Under the pieces are notes generated by a model. That model was not told where the DNA came from. It was given only the letters and a program-made list of their open reading frames with translations, and did not search any database. A DNA stretch of 64,000 bases, taken from contig MU008194.1 of NCBI GenBank assembly GCA_010909165.1, positions 1 to 64,000 of the forward strand, read 5' to 3'. The translations under genes and the position numbers were made by a program. Shown here piece by piece: positions 49,951 to 61,109 of the stretch (the stretch's first letter is position 1; the number at the start of each line of letters is the position of its first letter). This DNA is from Anthoceros angustus. Lineage: Eukaryota; Plantae; Anthocerotophyta.

Positions 49951-51344
49951 AGTTCAAATCCACTAACCCCACCTCCACTCCCCCATACCTCTCCTTGCTT
50001 TCCAATCCTCTCGAGCTTGGCTCGAAAACCTTAGCTTTTGTCCCGAAAGTCTCGGCCCATCCCTCTTCCAATTTTTGCCTCCTCCATCCAAAGGTCCATT
50101 CGCAATGAATTGCAATCCACCTATCTCTCCTACACGATCTCTTGTATCTAGATCCTTGCCTACTAAACTCCAAACTTGCAAACAATTTTTCATATCCTCT
50201 CCAAGTCCGGGAGACCCTTGCTTCCACTCTATCTTCGCAACCATATGTCCTTCAACCTTGGGATGATTATAGGTCATTTTCATGTGGGTTCTCAAAGTCT
50301 CAGATAATGGGTGCACCCAAGGAAACCTAAGGAGACCATAATATGAATGGCTGCACCCAAGGCCGCCTAAGGAGACCATAATATGAAGGTTATATAAAAA
50401 GGAAGTTGAGACCGAGGAACATTTTGAACACTTTTTTTTCTTCTGCACCTATCTTGCAAACTTATTCCCAACACCTGTGTCTTTGCTCCGAAGTTTCTTG
50501 AATTTTCCTAACCATAGCCTAGTTCCATGTTCCATAACAAAGACGGCCTTCCCTCCTTCACCCAACGTGCAATATCCCAACATCCAGCGTTGCCTTCTTG
50601 CAAAAGCTTCGCCACCCATACTGCCTAGCAATTCACCAACCCGGATGCCATCCCCGATGAGGAAAGAAATAACAAGGCCGCGATTTCTTACACTCTCCAC
50701 CTAGCTACCACCAGTAACAAGAACAGTAGTAGAGTGCAAGGGAGGCAATGAATCAGGGTCTGGACACTGTCACGATGATCTTACGAACACTGGTGTAATC
50801 TCCGGACTGCTTCCCGTGTGCGGTGTGCCCTTGGCGCGTTGTCTGACAGTGCACGCACATATGCAGCAAAACGCTGTCTGTCTGTGAGGCAGGCGGGGGG
50901 TGATCCGATTTAGCTCTGCGAGCGCTAAATCAGAGGCAAGGAAAACGGAGGTAAGCAGGTGCGGGCTGGCTGGGCTCCGATAATCCAGCCTCATTTGGCT
51001 AAGCCAAGCGACCCAATTTGGCAGAAGTGGTGCAGTGGACTGCAGTCAGAGGAGCAGAGTGACGCGGTGGCCATCTCGGAGCAAGAGGAAGGCGGTGGCT
51101 CACCGCCACGGCCTCCTTTCTCTCCGCGCTCCAGCGGCTGCGAACGCGAACCCGTCTGCGTCGTCTTCGTTCCGTCGACTGCGTTGCGAGTCCGAGTCTG
51201 CGCCTGCTCCTGCCTGCCTGCGGCTGCGGCTCCGGCTGCCTCTGCTTCTGCTTCTGCATCTGCCGCTGCGTCTGCGTCTGCGTCTGCGTCTGCTGCGTGT
51301 GCGGAGGGCCTGGGATCGGAAGTGAGATCATTGGCGACTGCCCC

Positions 51345-52724
51345 ATGACGGGCGCCGGCACCACGCAGGCCTGCGCGGCCTGCAAGTACCAGCGCCGCAA
51401 GTGCGCGCCTGACTGCCCCCTGGCCCCCTACTTCCCCCCCGACCAGCCCAAGCGCTTCCAGAACGTCCACCGCCTCTTCGGCGTCAGCAACATCCTCCGC
51501 ATCCTCAAGCTTGTGGATCCCAGCAAGCGCGAGGACGCCGTCAAGTCCATCGTCTACGAGGCCGATACCCGCGAGAAGGACGCCGTCCACGGCTGCCTCG
51601 GCGTCATCACCCTCCTCCAGAGCCAGGTACCTGCAGCTGCTGCACCCACCTCCTACGTACCGGGCTCTGTCCAGCTCCTTCTCATCTTGCACTTGCGCGC
51701 TGAATCACTGCTGCTGCTGCTGCTCTTGGAAAATCTCGCACTCTGGACTGCATGCTCCGCACTCAACTCCCACTCCCACATCAGATAGTGAAGCTGAAGG
51801 AGGAGCTGGCCTACGCGCGGAGCAGCTCTACGTGCTGGAGCAGCAGCACCAGCACTCCGCCTACCTCCAGCAGCACCTGGCGGTGCATGCGCAGCAACAG
51901 GCCTTGGCGGCGCAGCCGGTAAGCCATGTGCGTGTGTCCATCTGCAGTATCTGCACATTGCTCACAGTGCAATCGTCTGTCTGCCTGGCTCTGATCCTGG
52001 ATCATCTGCAGGGCACGGGCACCCGGGGGTGCACGGCCACGGGCACGCGCTGCAGCTGGCGGGGATGGCGACGGGGCAGGGAAGCCTGGGGGGCGCGGGG
52101 GCGCACTTCATCGGGCTGGCGCAGCAGCCCAGCTACAGCGTGAGCGTGGTGAGCCCCCGGGGCAGCAGCATCGCGGGCCACTCCCACTACGACGCGGCCT
52201 GCACCGCCACGGGCCACTACAGGGCCGGGAGCTACGCAGTGGCGGACACCATGCGCCACAATCTGAGCTCCTTCATCGACTACCGCCCGTCCGGATACGG
52301 CGCCGGGAGCTTCAACGCGTCCTACCTCCAGCACGCCGCAGCGCAGGATAGCTCGGCGGGCCCGGGGCCGAGTCTCAGCTGCAACTCGTACCAGCTGGAC
52401 TCCCGGCCGAGCCCGACAACCAATTCCTACATGGATTCCGGGGCACCCACCCGCCCGGGGCCCGCATCCACGTCCTACCTCGACTGCGGAAGGCCGTTCC
52501 TGCAGGATTCCTGCCGCCCCAGCCCCATCTACTCCTACATCGACTCCAGGCCCAGCCTCGGCGCCGCCAGCACGTCGTACATGGACAACCGCGCCAGCCC
52601 GGACTACGATTCCCGATCCAGCTGCTCCGAGTACGACTCCAGGTCGGTGTCGATGCACGCTGCGGCTGCGGCTGCGGGTAGGCGCAGCGAGTTGCCCAAT
52701 TCTGGATGCCCTCCTGACGCGTGA
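51345..52724 (+). CDS. LBD: LOB-domain (LBD/ASL) transcription factor, LBD22/LBD27-like; exons about 51345-51626, 51785-51918, 52012-52724; needs two +1 G corrections as assembled
   Basis: CAACKYQRRKCAPDC (CX2CX6CX3C), APYFP, HRLFGVSNI, HGCLG, then after intron IVKLKEELAYAR(E)QL leucine zipper; GT-AG introns. Confidence 0.88.
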
Positions 52725-53853
52725 CGTGAATTTGGGTGAGCTGCAGGACGCCCAAGTCTGAAGCTGTTGAAGGGCAGTAGTTGGACCGGGCGGCTCAGGA
52801 CTCCCTTCCATCCATAGCTTGTAATGCTCGTCGCACAGTCCGAAGAAGCTTCAGGTGGGATTGTCAGATTTCCTCTGCTCCTGTCACAAATGGAACACTT
52901 CCTATTCCTGACGAGGCAGGCCTCCATTCATGCCAACGGCCAATGGCCACAACAACGAGATTGCAAGACGCAAGCTTGCCATGTATAGCTTAAGGTTTTC
53001 ATCAGCCTTCACCTTCATGTACTGCTGCAGCCCAACGCCTGTCAATGATGCGCCTACCCTGGGTGGGTTTTGTGATCGTGGACCCACTGTTACTCCCCCA
53101 GCATTTGGCAAATGCGTCAACATTATGACACTACTGCTAATAGGCCTGCAGGGATCGGACTGCAGGGAGATTCTACTGGTCCATCCCCTGCCAATGGGTG
53201 TCTCGGCATGAGACACCACTCTTTGTAGGAGGATGCTTGCCTTCCTACAGAACATGCTTATGGAATCTGAAGGAACAGTAAACAGTAAATTGTGAAATGA
53301 AAACTCGATGATAAATGCAGAGCAGCCTGGGAGGGGCGGGTCAGGTGTGCTGAAATCTTTTTTCTCTGAAAATGATTCAATTTTTATAAATTTGATGGGA
53401 AAGCCCACCGTGCACAGGTCAACCAAGGGAGACCCTCGGCGTCGTGGTGAAATCTTTTTTTGTTGTAATGAATCTTTGTAGGTTAACCATACTCGTGCAT
53501 TGAGTGGAGAAACGTCGATATGGAGGACAGAAACGTGCGAATGATGCTTGTGCACTCGCGTCGTGACTCGTGACTCGAGTGCCGTGCATGCTGGAGGGTC
53601 TGTACTCGAAGCATTCGTCATAAGCCTTCTCCCGACCTGTCGGCCAGCGTCTCAGCTCGCGCCACATTTTGCGTCCCGTCCCTTTCGCCCCGCTCCCCTG
53701 TCCTGTGACCGGCATTCTGTCATCCAGGTCTGGATATCCTCCACTGCTTGCACCTCGTTGGTCCCTTGCAACTTGCGATCGCGTCTTCACGTTTGCGCCC
53801 GGCCACAGCTGTTCCTCCTTCTCTGCACCAAGACGCGAATCAGCAGCTAGGCC

Positions 53854-54063
53854 ATGAATCATCAGGTCGGCCTGGTGCTCATCTTCCTACTTGCCGGTTT
53901 GGCGATCATTGGCTCCCTCTTTGCTGTGTGTTTTCACTTCACCAACATTATTGCGAGAGATCAGGCTGTTCTATTCGCTGTTCCCGATCCTGGAGACTTG
54001 GAGGCTGGGCGGCAGAGCAGGCCGCAACCGCAACACACAGCCGTAGCCTCAGCGGGGCCTTGA
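53854..54063 (+). CDS. Putative 69-aa single-pass membrane micropeptide, divergent copy 2
   Basis: MNHQVGLVLIFLLAGLAIIGSLFAVCF..GDLEAG..AVASAGP; same start (MNH) and end (AVASAG) as copies 1 and 3, net +57 nt in frame. Confidence 0.6.
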   Translation: MNHQVGLVLIFLLAGLAIIGSLFAVCFHFTNIIARDQAVLFAVPDPGDLEAGRQSRPQPQHTAVASAGP

Positions 54064-54820
54064 GGTCGTACTGAAATTGTATGTACAAGTATTCTTGGTA
54101 GCGTACCGGGCCTTGGTTTCGACTTAGCTTCACACTCCGGCAGAGCGGCTCCGCAGCATCATACTATATCCACATTTGCGCCCTGCTGCGTGGTTTGATT
54201 ATATCTTAAATCAAGGCTTTGAAATCTTCCGCCCGAGAATTTGCTTTTCAGTTGCAGTGGAGCATTTGGCGTTTGAGATCTCGAAGGCCTCATTTGGTAT
54301 GACAGTGTGCTGTGGAATTAAATTTATGCAATGCCTGACTGTGAGTTCACAATTACTCGGATTCTGTCCCCCTTGTCAGGGAAAAGTTGCTAACCAAGGT
54401 GCAGCGTTCTGTGATGATTGCCAATGGCAGGAACTCTGATTCCCGTGCTAGGGCCTTTGTTTTTGCGGAACTGTTGTTGACATCCTTTGCTGCCAGTTTC
54501 CGCTGCACTTCAATCGATATGCTTCCATGACTCAACTGCCTTGTATAGCCAAACGCTGGCAGTAACGCTGGTGCTCACAAGTTGAAGGTATGAACCCCTT
54601 GAAATTTTGTGTGGCCGTAAGGTTGAAGTAGTTCCAATTCGCGATAAGATCATAGGAGAGTTTTACAATGGCCCTCACGGTGACACATGTTAGGTAGGAT
54701 CGGCATAATGTTGATCAACTTGATGCAGTGACTCCTAAGTGATGCACAGACATTGTGTTCCGACATTTGCTAAACTGTGATCTGTGTGCGTGCTTTTCAT
54801 TTGCTGCTGTCCAGTTTGAT

Positions 54821-55870
54821 ATGGCAAGGCTTGCGAAGGGAGCGAGGGAAGATTCACCCTATTCTCCAGATACCAATGTCTTTGGAAAATTCCTCACACC
54901 GGCTGGCTGTTTGATAGAATGTGCGACTGCGCTGCCGTGTCTTGTTCTTCAAATGCACGCCAGACCCGTTTTATGCTGCCTGAACATTCTCCTGATCGGC
55001 TTCGCAGCAACTACCATTGGAGTTCTATTCTGATTGGAACGTTTGCATCTTCCATGGCTGTCTCAACTTTCTGTCACTTCGGGCTTCTTCGGTTGTGTTG
55101 CGCACTGTCGGAGGGGCTGCCGAAGGATACATTAGGCAGTTTTTCTGTCTCCCTCCTCCTTTCAGTGGGAGTCTTTCTCTTTATGACGCTGCGCGAGTAC
55201 AGGACAAGAGAGGCGGAGCGTCCCGTTGGTTACGCGGCCCAAAAGAATGCCAGGCACAGACATTCCATTCCACACATTACGGGAGCGGACCTATGCCATC
55301 CTGTAAGATCGAAATGAACACGACTAATGACAGAGTATTTCGGGCGTCAGATGTTTCGGTACCAGATTCTGGAGCTTCCTCTGGACTATTTTCGGCTGGC
55401 TCAACATCGTCGGGGGATGTCCCATGGGCCAGAGATTCTGCAGGAAGTCGTGCTGCGGAGGTTTTTGCACCAATGCCTTTTGGTCCTAGAGCAGCCAGAG
55501 TGACGAGGGATTTGCAGGTGGAGAAGATGCGGCAATCAGCCAACAACTCAAAGCGACAATACACACCAGAGTCTGAGGAGGTTGCGGGTGGATACTCAAC
55601 CACAGAAACTGTTCCAGATGCGGAATTTGAGATCTCGTCCGTCAGCAGCGCTCAAGCGGATGATGATGCTGACAGCGTGTACTCTGCGCTGTGAGATATC
55701 CAAGGTGGTCAAAGCACGCCAGGAAATCCATCGACACTAACCGGCTCATCCGACGCTAAACAAAAAGTGAAGATAGAGAAATAGGATGCCGGACCCGAGT
55801 TCTTTTTGCCTTTCAATAATGGCCGATTTGGATCCGTCCTCGAATGATGACCGAGGCTCGAGGCGAACGT
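54821..55870 (+). pseudogene. Disrupted paralog of the 4-TM protein at 61110-62210
   Basis: TGG to TGA at 55031-55033, 162-bp in-frame deletion removing the EC2/TM4 region, 5-nt cattc duplication, TCA to TGA at 55692. Confidence 0.8.
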
Positions 55871-56449
55871 AAGAACCGTCGGTCTAATTAGGGCTTCGCA
55901 TTTGTCTACGTTTGATTGTACGTTGTATCCTGTATGTCTGGCACTCGGCCCTCCGGAAGGCTTAACGTTTCATTGTTTCATTGCATAGTTGTGTTGTTCA
56001 AATTTTCGTTCAAAATGCCTTTTTAGTTCACATATACCTAAATAAATACTGTAGCGGACATCATCACACTTCGTATCCGTCTCGTTCTGAAACACGGCTC
56101 TAACCTTTGGGTTCCAGATGTGGGTCGATTTGTGGCAATCCCCCGTTCAGGCGAGACACCAACATCTAGGCGGTGACAGACAATAGGCTTCAGTACCTGA
56201 TTCGAGATGAGTTCGTAGCGGGATTTGAAGTTGAAGGAAGCATGCTCCAGCATATGCAGTGCTTCACAAGAGCGATGACCTTACGGCTTGCATCTTTTTC
56301 TTCTATCTTCTTCTTTGACGAAGTTATGAAGTGGAAGTAGGTTCCCAGGATAGATAGAAAGATTTGCATCATCGTATGTTTTGATTATAAGTAAGACATG
56401 AAAATGCGATTCTGTTGCAGTTATCACTACTTCCATTCAATTAGTACTC

Positions 56450-58330
56450 GGCTAACATGATTTGATGACAAGAGGTTATCAACTTTTTTGCCAGCAAATC
56501 ATCTAAGGAAGGCTGGGCACACACTCTTCTCAAAATAGGGTCCCCTGCACCTTGAGCAAGACCATAGTCTACAAACATGGCTAAACCATCCACAAACATG
56601 GCCTAAACCACCAGTGCATAAGGAATCTTTAGGTCATTCCATTGCACGCTAGAAGAGCGAACCACTCTCACTTCAGGGCTTGAGTTTAGGGAAGTCCTTC
56701 ATGCATTGGCTTTTACGGACATCTGGTGACAATTAGTCCACATTTCCTACAAATGCTTGTCAATCTTCTCCCTATATTATGAGGACTCTAATTCCTTCCA
56801 TCCCTTTTAACCTATTTTTCCAACCCTCGTTTTGACAAGAGGGACAAGGATCTGGCCTCCCCCCTCTGCCAAAACTTCCTACGAGACTGGATCATTGTGA
56901 AACAATCTATCCTGTGGCAGCCTCCTACACGCACGAGCGTCCTCAATTTGTGGATTTAGGGCCATGAATACATCTGAAAACAGGAGGCAAGGGCGGCAGT
57001 TCGCAGATCCCTATTTCTTAAGGCTGCAGCGTTCAATGGCCTCCTACGGCTAAGGGTTGCGTGGGACTACAGGACACAGGCATGGAAGTCAGCCGAAACC
57101 TTGAGACAGGAATTTGGCGTGTCTCTCCAGGGAGCAAACCGTCTGCGTACCTGGCTAGGTGACTGTTGGATGAGCGACTATACTTGGCCTTACACCAAGA
57201 CGAGCAGGTCACTGTTGGGTCCTGGTACACTATTGCCAGGGAGGAGGGGCCTGGATTGGAGGGTGGCTTCCCTGAAGCCGCAGTGTTCTTGGTGATCGAA
57301 TCGGTGGGCACAGCTGCTGTTTGTCAGGAATTTCAACCTCACTGTGATACTGGCATGTTGGTAAGGATTCATAGTCAGGTAGTGGTTGCAAGCCGATTTC
57401 TTATTCCTATCAAGGTCTTGCACGGCGGGGCAGGACCTGGCAGCTTCAGGAAGAAATTCCTCAGGGGGACTCTCAACGGTGGGTCTTCCAGTTTGCAAGG
57501 CTTGAGTCTGTACCACTGGCAGAACTCTCAACAACCATTGATGGATGGTGGTGGCCGCACCGACGACGTACACATGCGCAACCCAACCGGTCTCTACTGA
57601 ATTATGTGTAGGGGGATATCTACCATCGGCTTATTTATACCATTCGTCAGAAAGTGAGTCATGGTACCAGAATTGCTCCTAGGCTCCACTTATCCCGACA
57701 GCTGCAGTAGGTGGTGCTTCACATGTTATGGAAGAATCCAGGTATTCCACCAAAAGCCCAGGGCACCGCATGGCAATTCTTACAGGCTGCCCTCCCGAAT
57801 GCAATCGTTGGGATGGCTTGTTCCTTGCCACAGGAACGGAGCACTGCTCATTATGCACAACTGGGGGAGCTCACAAAAGCCAACACATCTTCTTCCACTG
57901 TCGTCTCCCTAAAATGGTTTGGGACAGGATAAACAGGTGGATTCTTCGAACCAGACCATCATTACCACCTGCCTTGTAGGAGCGCACTGCCCTTTTTGGT
58001 CTTCACCCAACCAGGAACGCCCTCTTGGTCAAGGGACAGTGGTGGCCTGTCCTGTGGTTCATCATTCTTTTCATGCATAATGGAGAAACTGGACACCGGT
58101 GGTTTATGGTGGGCAAGATTTAGCAACTGACAAGAGACTCCTGCGCTCAATCTGGGAAGCCACTACGGTGGCAGGCGCTGAGGTGTTGCTCCATGTAATT
58201 CGGTTCGGGGGCTCATATGGCAGGCATGAATTGGAGCTTATCACGCGGGCTCGGGGAATGGCAGCTCAAGGCGGATCATCGATTAGCCGAGAGAGTGTCG
58301 AGCAGGCGCCCCAGCCCTCGCTGCGTCTCA
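56450..58330 (+). mobile_element. Degenerate L1-like LINE 3' portion including zf-RVT
   Basis: LWKNPGIPPKAQGTAWQFLQAALP, CSLC..SQHIFFHCRLPKMVW, QWWPVLWFIILF, RSIWEATTVAG. Confidence 0.65.
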
Positions 58331-58339
58331 TCTCTGCTG

Positions 58340-59610
58340 TCCCACGACATAAAGGATGTGGAGCTCAGATTTCGCCAACAGGCTAACCATTTGTCCATGG
58401 ATTTGGTGCACGCAGATTTTGCAGTGGGTGTAATGGAAGGACTTTGTTGCGCCAAGCTTGGACTCCAACAGCTGTCCGCGGGTTGCTGGCCTCCCCCCAG
58501 ACATACATCGATTTTCCAACTCGCGGAAACTGTGCTCGCACATGATGATCCTGCCGAGGAGCTGCCCATGCGACCATTCCGCCGTGCTCTCCACGGCTTG
58601 AGTTGGCTGTGGCAGTTCCTGGATGAGGATAGGGCTTTCAACGGGCTGGAGCACGACATGGAGCCTTCTCTGTCACCCCTCTCTAAGGACCGAACAAGGA
58701 GTGGTGCTCGCCAATGGTCCGAGCCGGAAGTCCGGAAACCTTTGGAGTCCCTTGTGGACCACCGCAATCAGGTTCTGGTGGACCAGGTTCGGAATGGAAT
58801 TCCGATCTCCGACGTTTCGCAGTTGGTTCTGGATCCATCACACTGGAAGTTGGATCAGCATCTGCTGGAGGAGTGACGAGATGTGCACCCTTGGAAGCCT
58901 TGCAAGCCAGAAGCATTCGAGTTGATTTCAGGTCTGGAAAAGCTGCTGTTTGACGAATCTGTTGAGTTCACTGAAGTTGAGGGTGAACAGGTAGCTTCTC
59001 TTGACGCAGATGAAGCTCCAATCGATGTACCAGGCCGATGGGGACGGGGAAGGTGGAGAGGCTTTTTTGCACTGGTGACTGGCCAACGGAGAGCCATCAG
59101 GAAGTACTCCTCCACTTTCTAAACCGCGCTTACATCAATTGGAGGACTGTAAGGTGTCCGGTGGAAGTTTTGCCGGGAGTGGCGGTCTTGCTGGAGCGCA
59201 GTCTCCACGAGCGGCTCCGGAGCCTGGTTGAGGAAGAGATTTACACCCTGCATTGTTGGAGTTGAAAGAACACCCCATTTCGAGGATTGATGGGGTTTAT
59301 TTCCCATATGGCTCGCTTGCACTCCTCGCTGAATTTGGTGTGTGTGGAGTTTGATATGTTACGAGACGTGTACCGAAGCCTGCGGAAGATGGTGCTGGAC
59401 ATGGGCCGGTGCTGGACATGGGCCGGTGCCGGACTGCCCTGACGGGATTCGAACTTCCCGTTCAGATCTTGGGGGAGGATGGACGTCTTCACCCAGTCTA
59501 CATCACTCACCTCATGCCGACATAACATTCGCGGGAGATGGAAGGACGTCATTTCCAAAATCCAGGGGTGGCCTCCTCCCCATGGAAGTTCGGCCTCTCC
59601 CCGATTATCT
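58340..59610 (+). pseudogene. Uncharacterised degenerate ORF of about 400 codons; 3' half also present at 8504-9023
   Basis: Long protein-like frames 58217-58876, 58883-59122 (same frame, one TGA) and 59038-59265; copy at 8547-9023 is open. Confidence 0.4.
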
Positions 59611-60085
59611 GTAGACGGGTAGCATGGGTGCGCAGTAGGTAGGAACAGCTTGGGTTCGATTGACGACCCGGTTGAGGGAAAGAAGAGAATGACACCACAA
59701 GAAAGAAAGATGCAGTACAGTTCCTCAAAAGTGTATGTACAAGTGTAATGAATCTTTGTAAGTTAACCACAGCCGTGCATTGCGTGACGGAGAAACGTCG
59801 AAATGGAAGACAGAAACGTGCGAAACAATGCCTGTGCACACGAGTCGTGAATCGTAACTCGAGTGCCGTGCATGCTGGAGGGGTCTTGGATTCAAAGCAT
59901 TCATCACCCTCCTCCCGACCGGTCGGCCAGCGTCTCCACCTCGCGCCACATTTTGAGGTCTGGATATCTTCGACTCCTTGCACGCCGTTGTTCCCTCGCA
60001 ACTTGCGATCGCGTCTTCACCTTTGCGCCCTGCCACAGCTTGTTTGTGAGTACTCTTCCTTCTCTACACCAAGAAGCGAATCAGC

Positions 60086-60238
60086 ATGAATCATACGGTC
60101 AGGCTGCTGCTCGCCATTTTCGTAATGATCTTTGGCGCCCTTTGCGCTGTGTGTTGTCTTTTCGCCGGCAATTTCAAGAGAAAACAGCCTGTTGCCCCGG
60201 ATCCGCAACCCGCAGCCGTAGCCTCAGCCGGGGCCTGA
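60086..60238 (+). CDS. Putative 50-aa single-pass membrane micropeptide, copy 3 (MNHTVRLLLAIFVMIFGALCAVCCLFAGNFKRKQPVAPDPQPAAVASAGA)
   Basis: Manual translation ATG 60086 to TGA 60238; not in ORF track (below 60 aa). Confidence 0.6.
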   Translation: MNHTVRLLLAIFVMIFGALCAVCCLFAGNFKRKQPVAPDPQPAAVASAGA

Positions 60239-61109
60239 GGTCGTACTGAAATTGTGTGTACAAGTATTCTTGGTAGCGTACCGGAACCTTGGCTTCGACT
60301 TAGCTTTACACTCCGGGGCAAAGCGGCTCCGCAGCATCATACTATATCCTCATTTGCGCCCTGCTGCGTGGTTTGATCATATCTTGAATCAAGGCTTTGA
60401 AATCTTCCGCCCGAGAATTTGCTTTTCATTTGCAGTGGAGCATTTTGCGTTTAAGATCTCGAAGGCCTCATTTGGTATGACAGTGTGCTGTGGAATTAAT
60501 TCTATGCAATGCCTGACTGTGAGTTCACAAGTACTCGGGTTCTGTCCCCCTGGTCAGGCGAAAGATGCTAACCAAGGAGTGGCGTTCTGTGATGATTGCC
60601 AATGGCAGGAACTCTGATTCCCGTGCTAGGGCCTTTGCTTTTGCGGAACTGTTGTTGACATCCTTTACTGCCAGTTTCCGCTGCACTTCAATCGATATGC
60701 TTCCATGACTCAACTGCCTTGTATAGCCAAACGGCTGGCAGTAACGCTGGTGCTCACAAGTTGAAGGTGTGAACCCCTTGAAATTTTGTGTGGCCGTAGG
60801 GTTGAAGTAGTCCCAATTCGCGATAGGATCATAGTCACTGCATCAAGTTGATCAGCATTCTGCCGATCCTACCTAACATGTGTCACCGTGAGGGCCATTG
60901 TAAAACTCTCACAGACATTGTGTTCCGATATTTGCTAAACTGTGATCTGTGTTTCATTTGCTGCTGTCCAGTTTCTTATGGCAAGGCTTGCGAAGTGAGC
61001 GAGGGAAGATTAACCGTATTCTCCAGATACCAATGTCTTTGGGAAATTCCTCACACCGGCTGGCTGTTGGATAGAATATGCGACTGTGCCGCCGTGGCTT
61101 GTTGTTCAA

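Larger units (their letters stand above)
53465..56010 (+). repeat. Segmental duplicate A of about 2.5 kb (paralog of 59744-62370)
   Basis: Colinear from tgtaatgaatctttgta to ttgcatagttgt. Confidence 0.92.

Noticed and set aside
50959-51348. 129-aa ORF ending over the LBD ATG (possible uORF or N-terminal extension)
   Set aside because: No ATG; its Ala/Ser run comes from a (CTGCGT/CTGCTT)n leader microsatellite and the LBD frame there gives alternating Cys
51811-52811. Long antisense ORFs over the LBD gene
   Set aside because: Shadow frames of a GC3-rich coding sequence
56038-56372. Minus-strand frames faintly recalling a Penelope-type RT
   Set aside because: No GxxMGSP or YxDD motif; resemblance too weak to call
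60252-60617. 121-aa Cys-rich ORF downstream of the micropeptide (also 54176-54439 and 9512-9742)
   Set aside because: Starts at TTG; frameshifted in the other two copies; similarity is explained by DNA duplication alone
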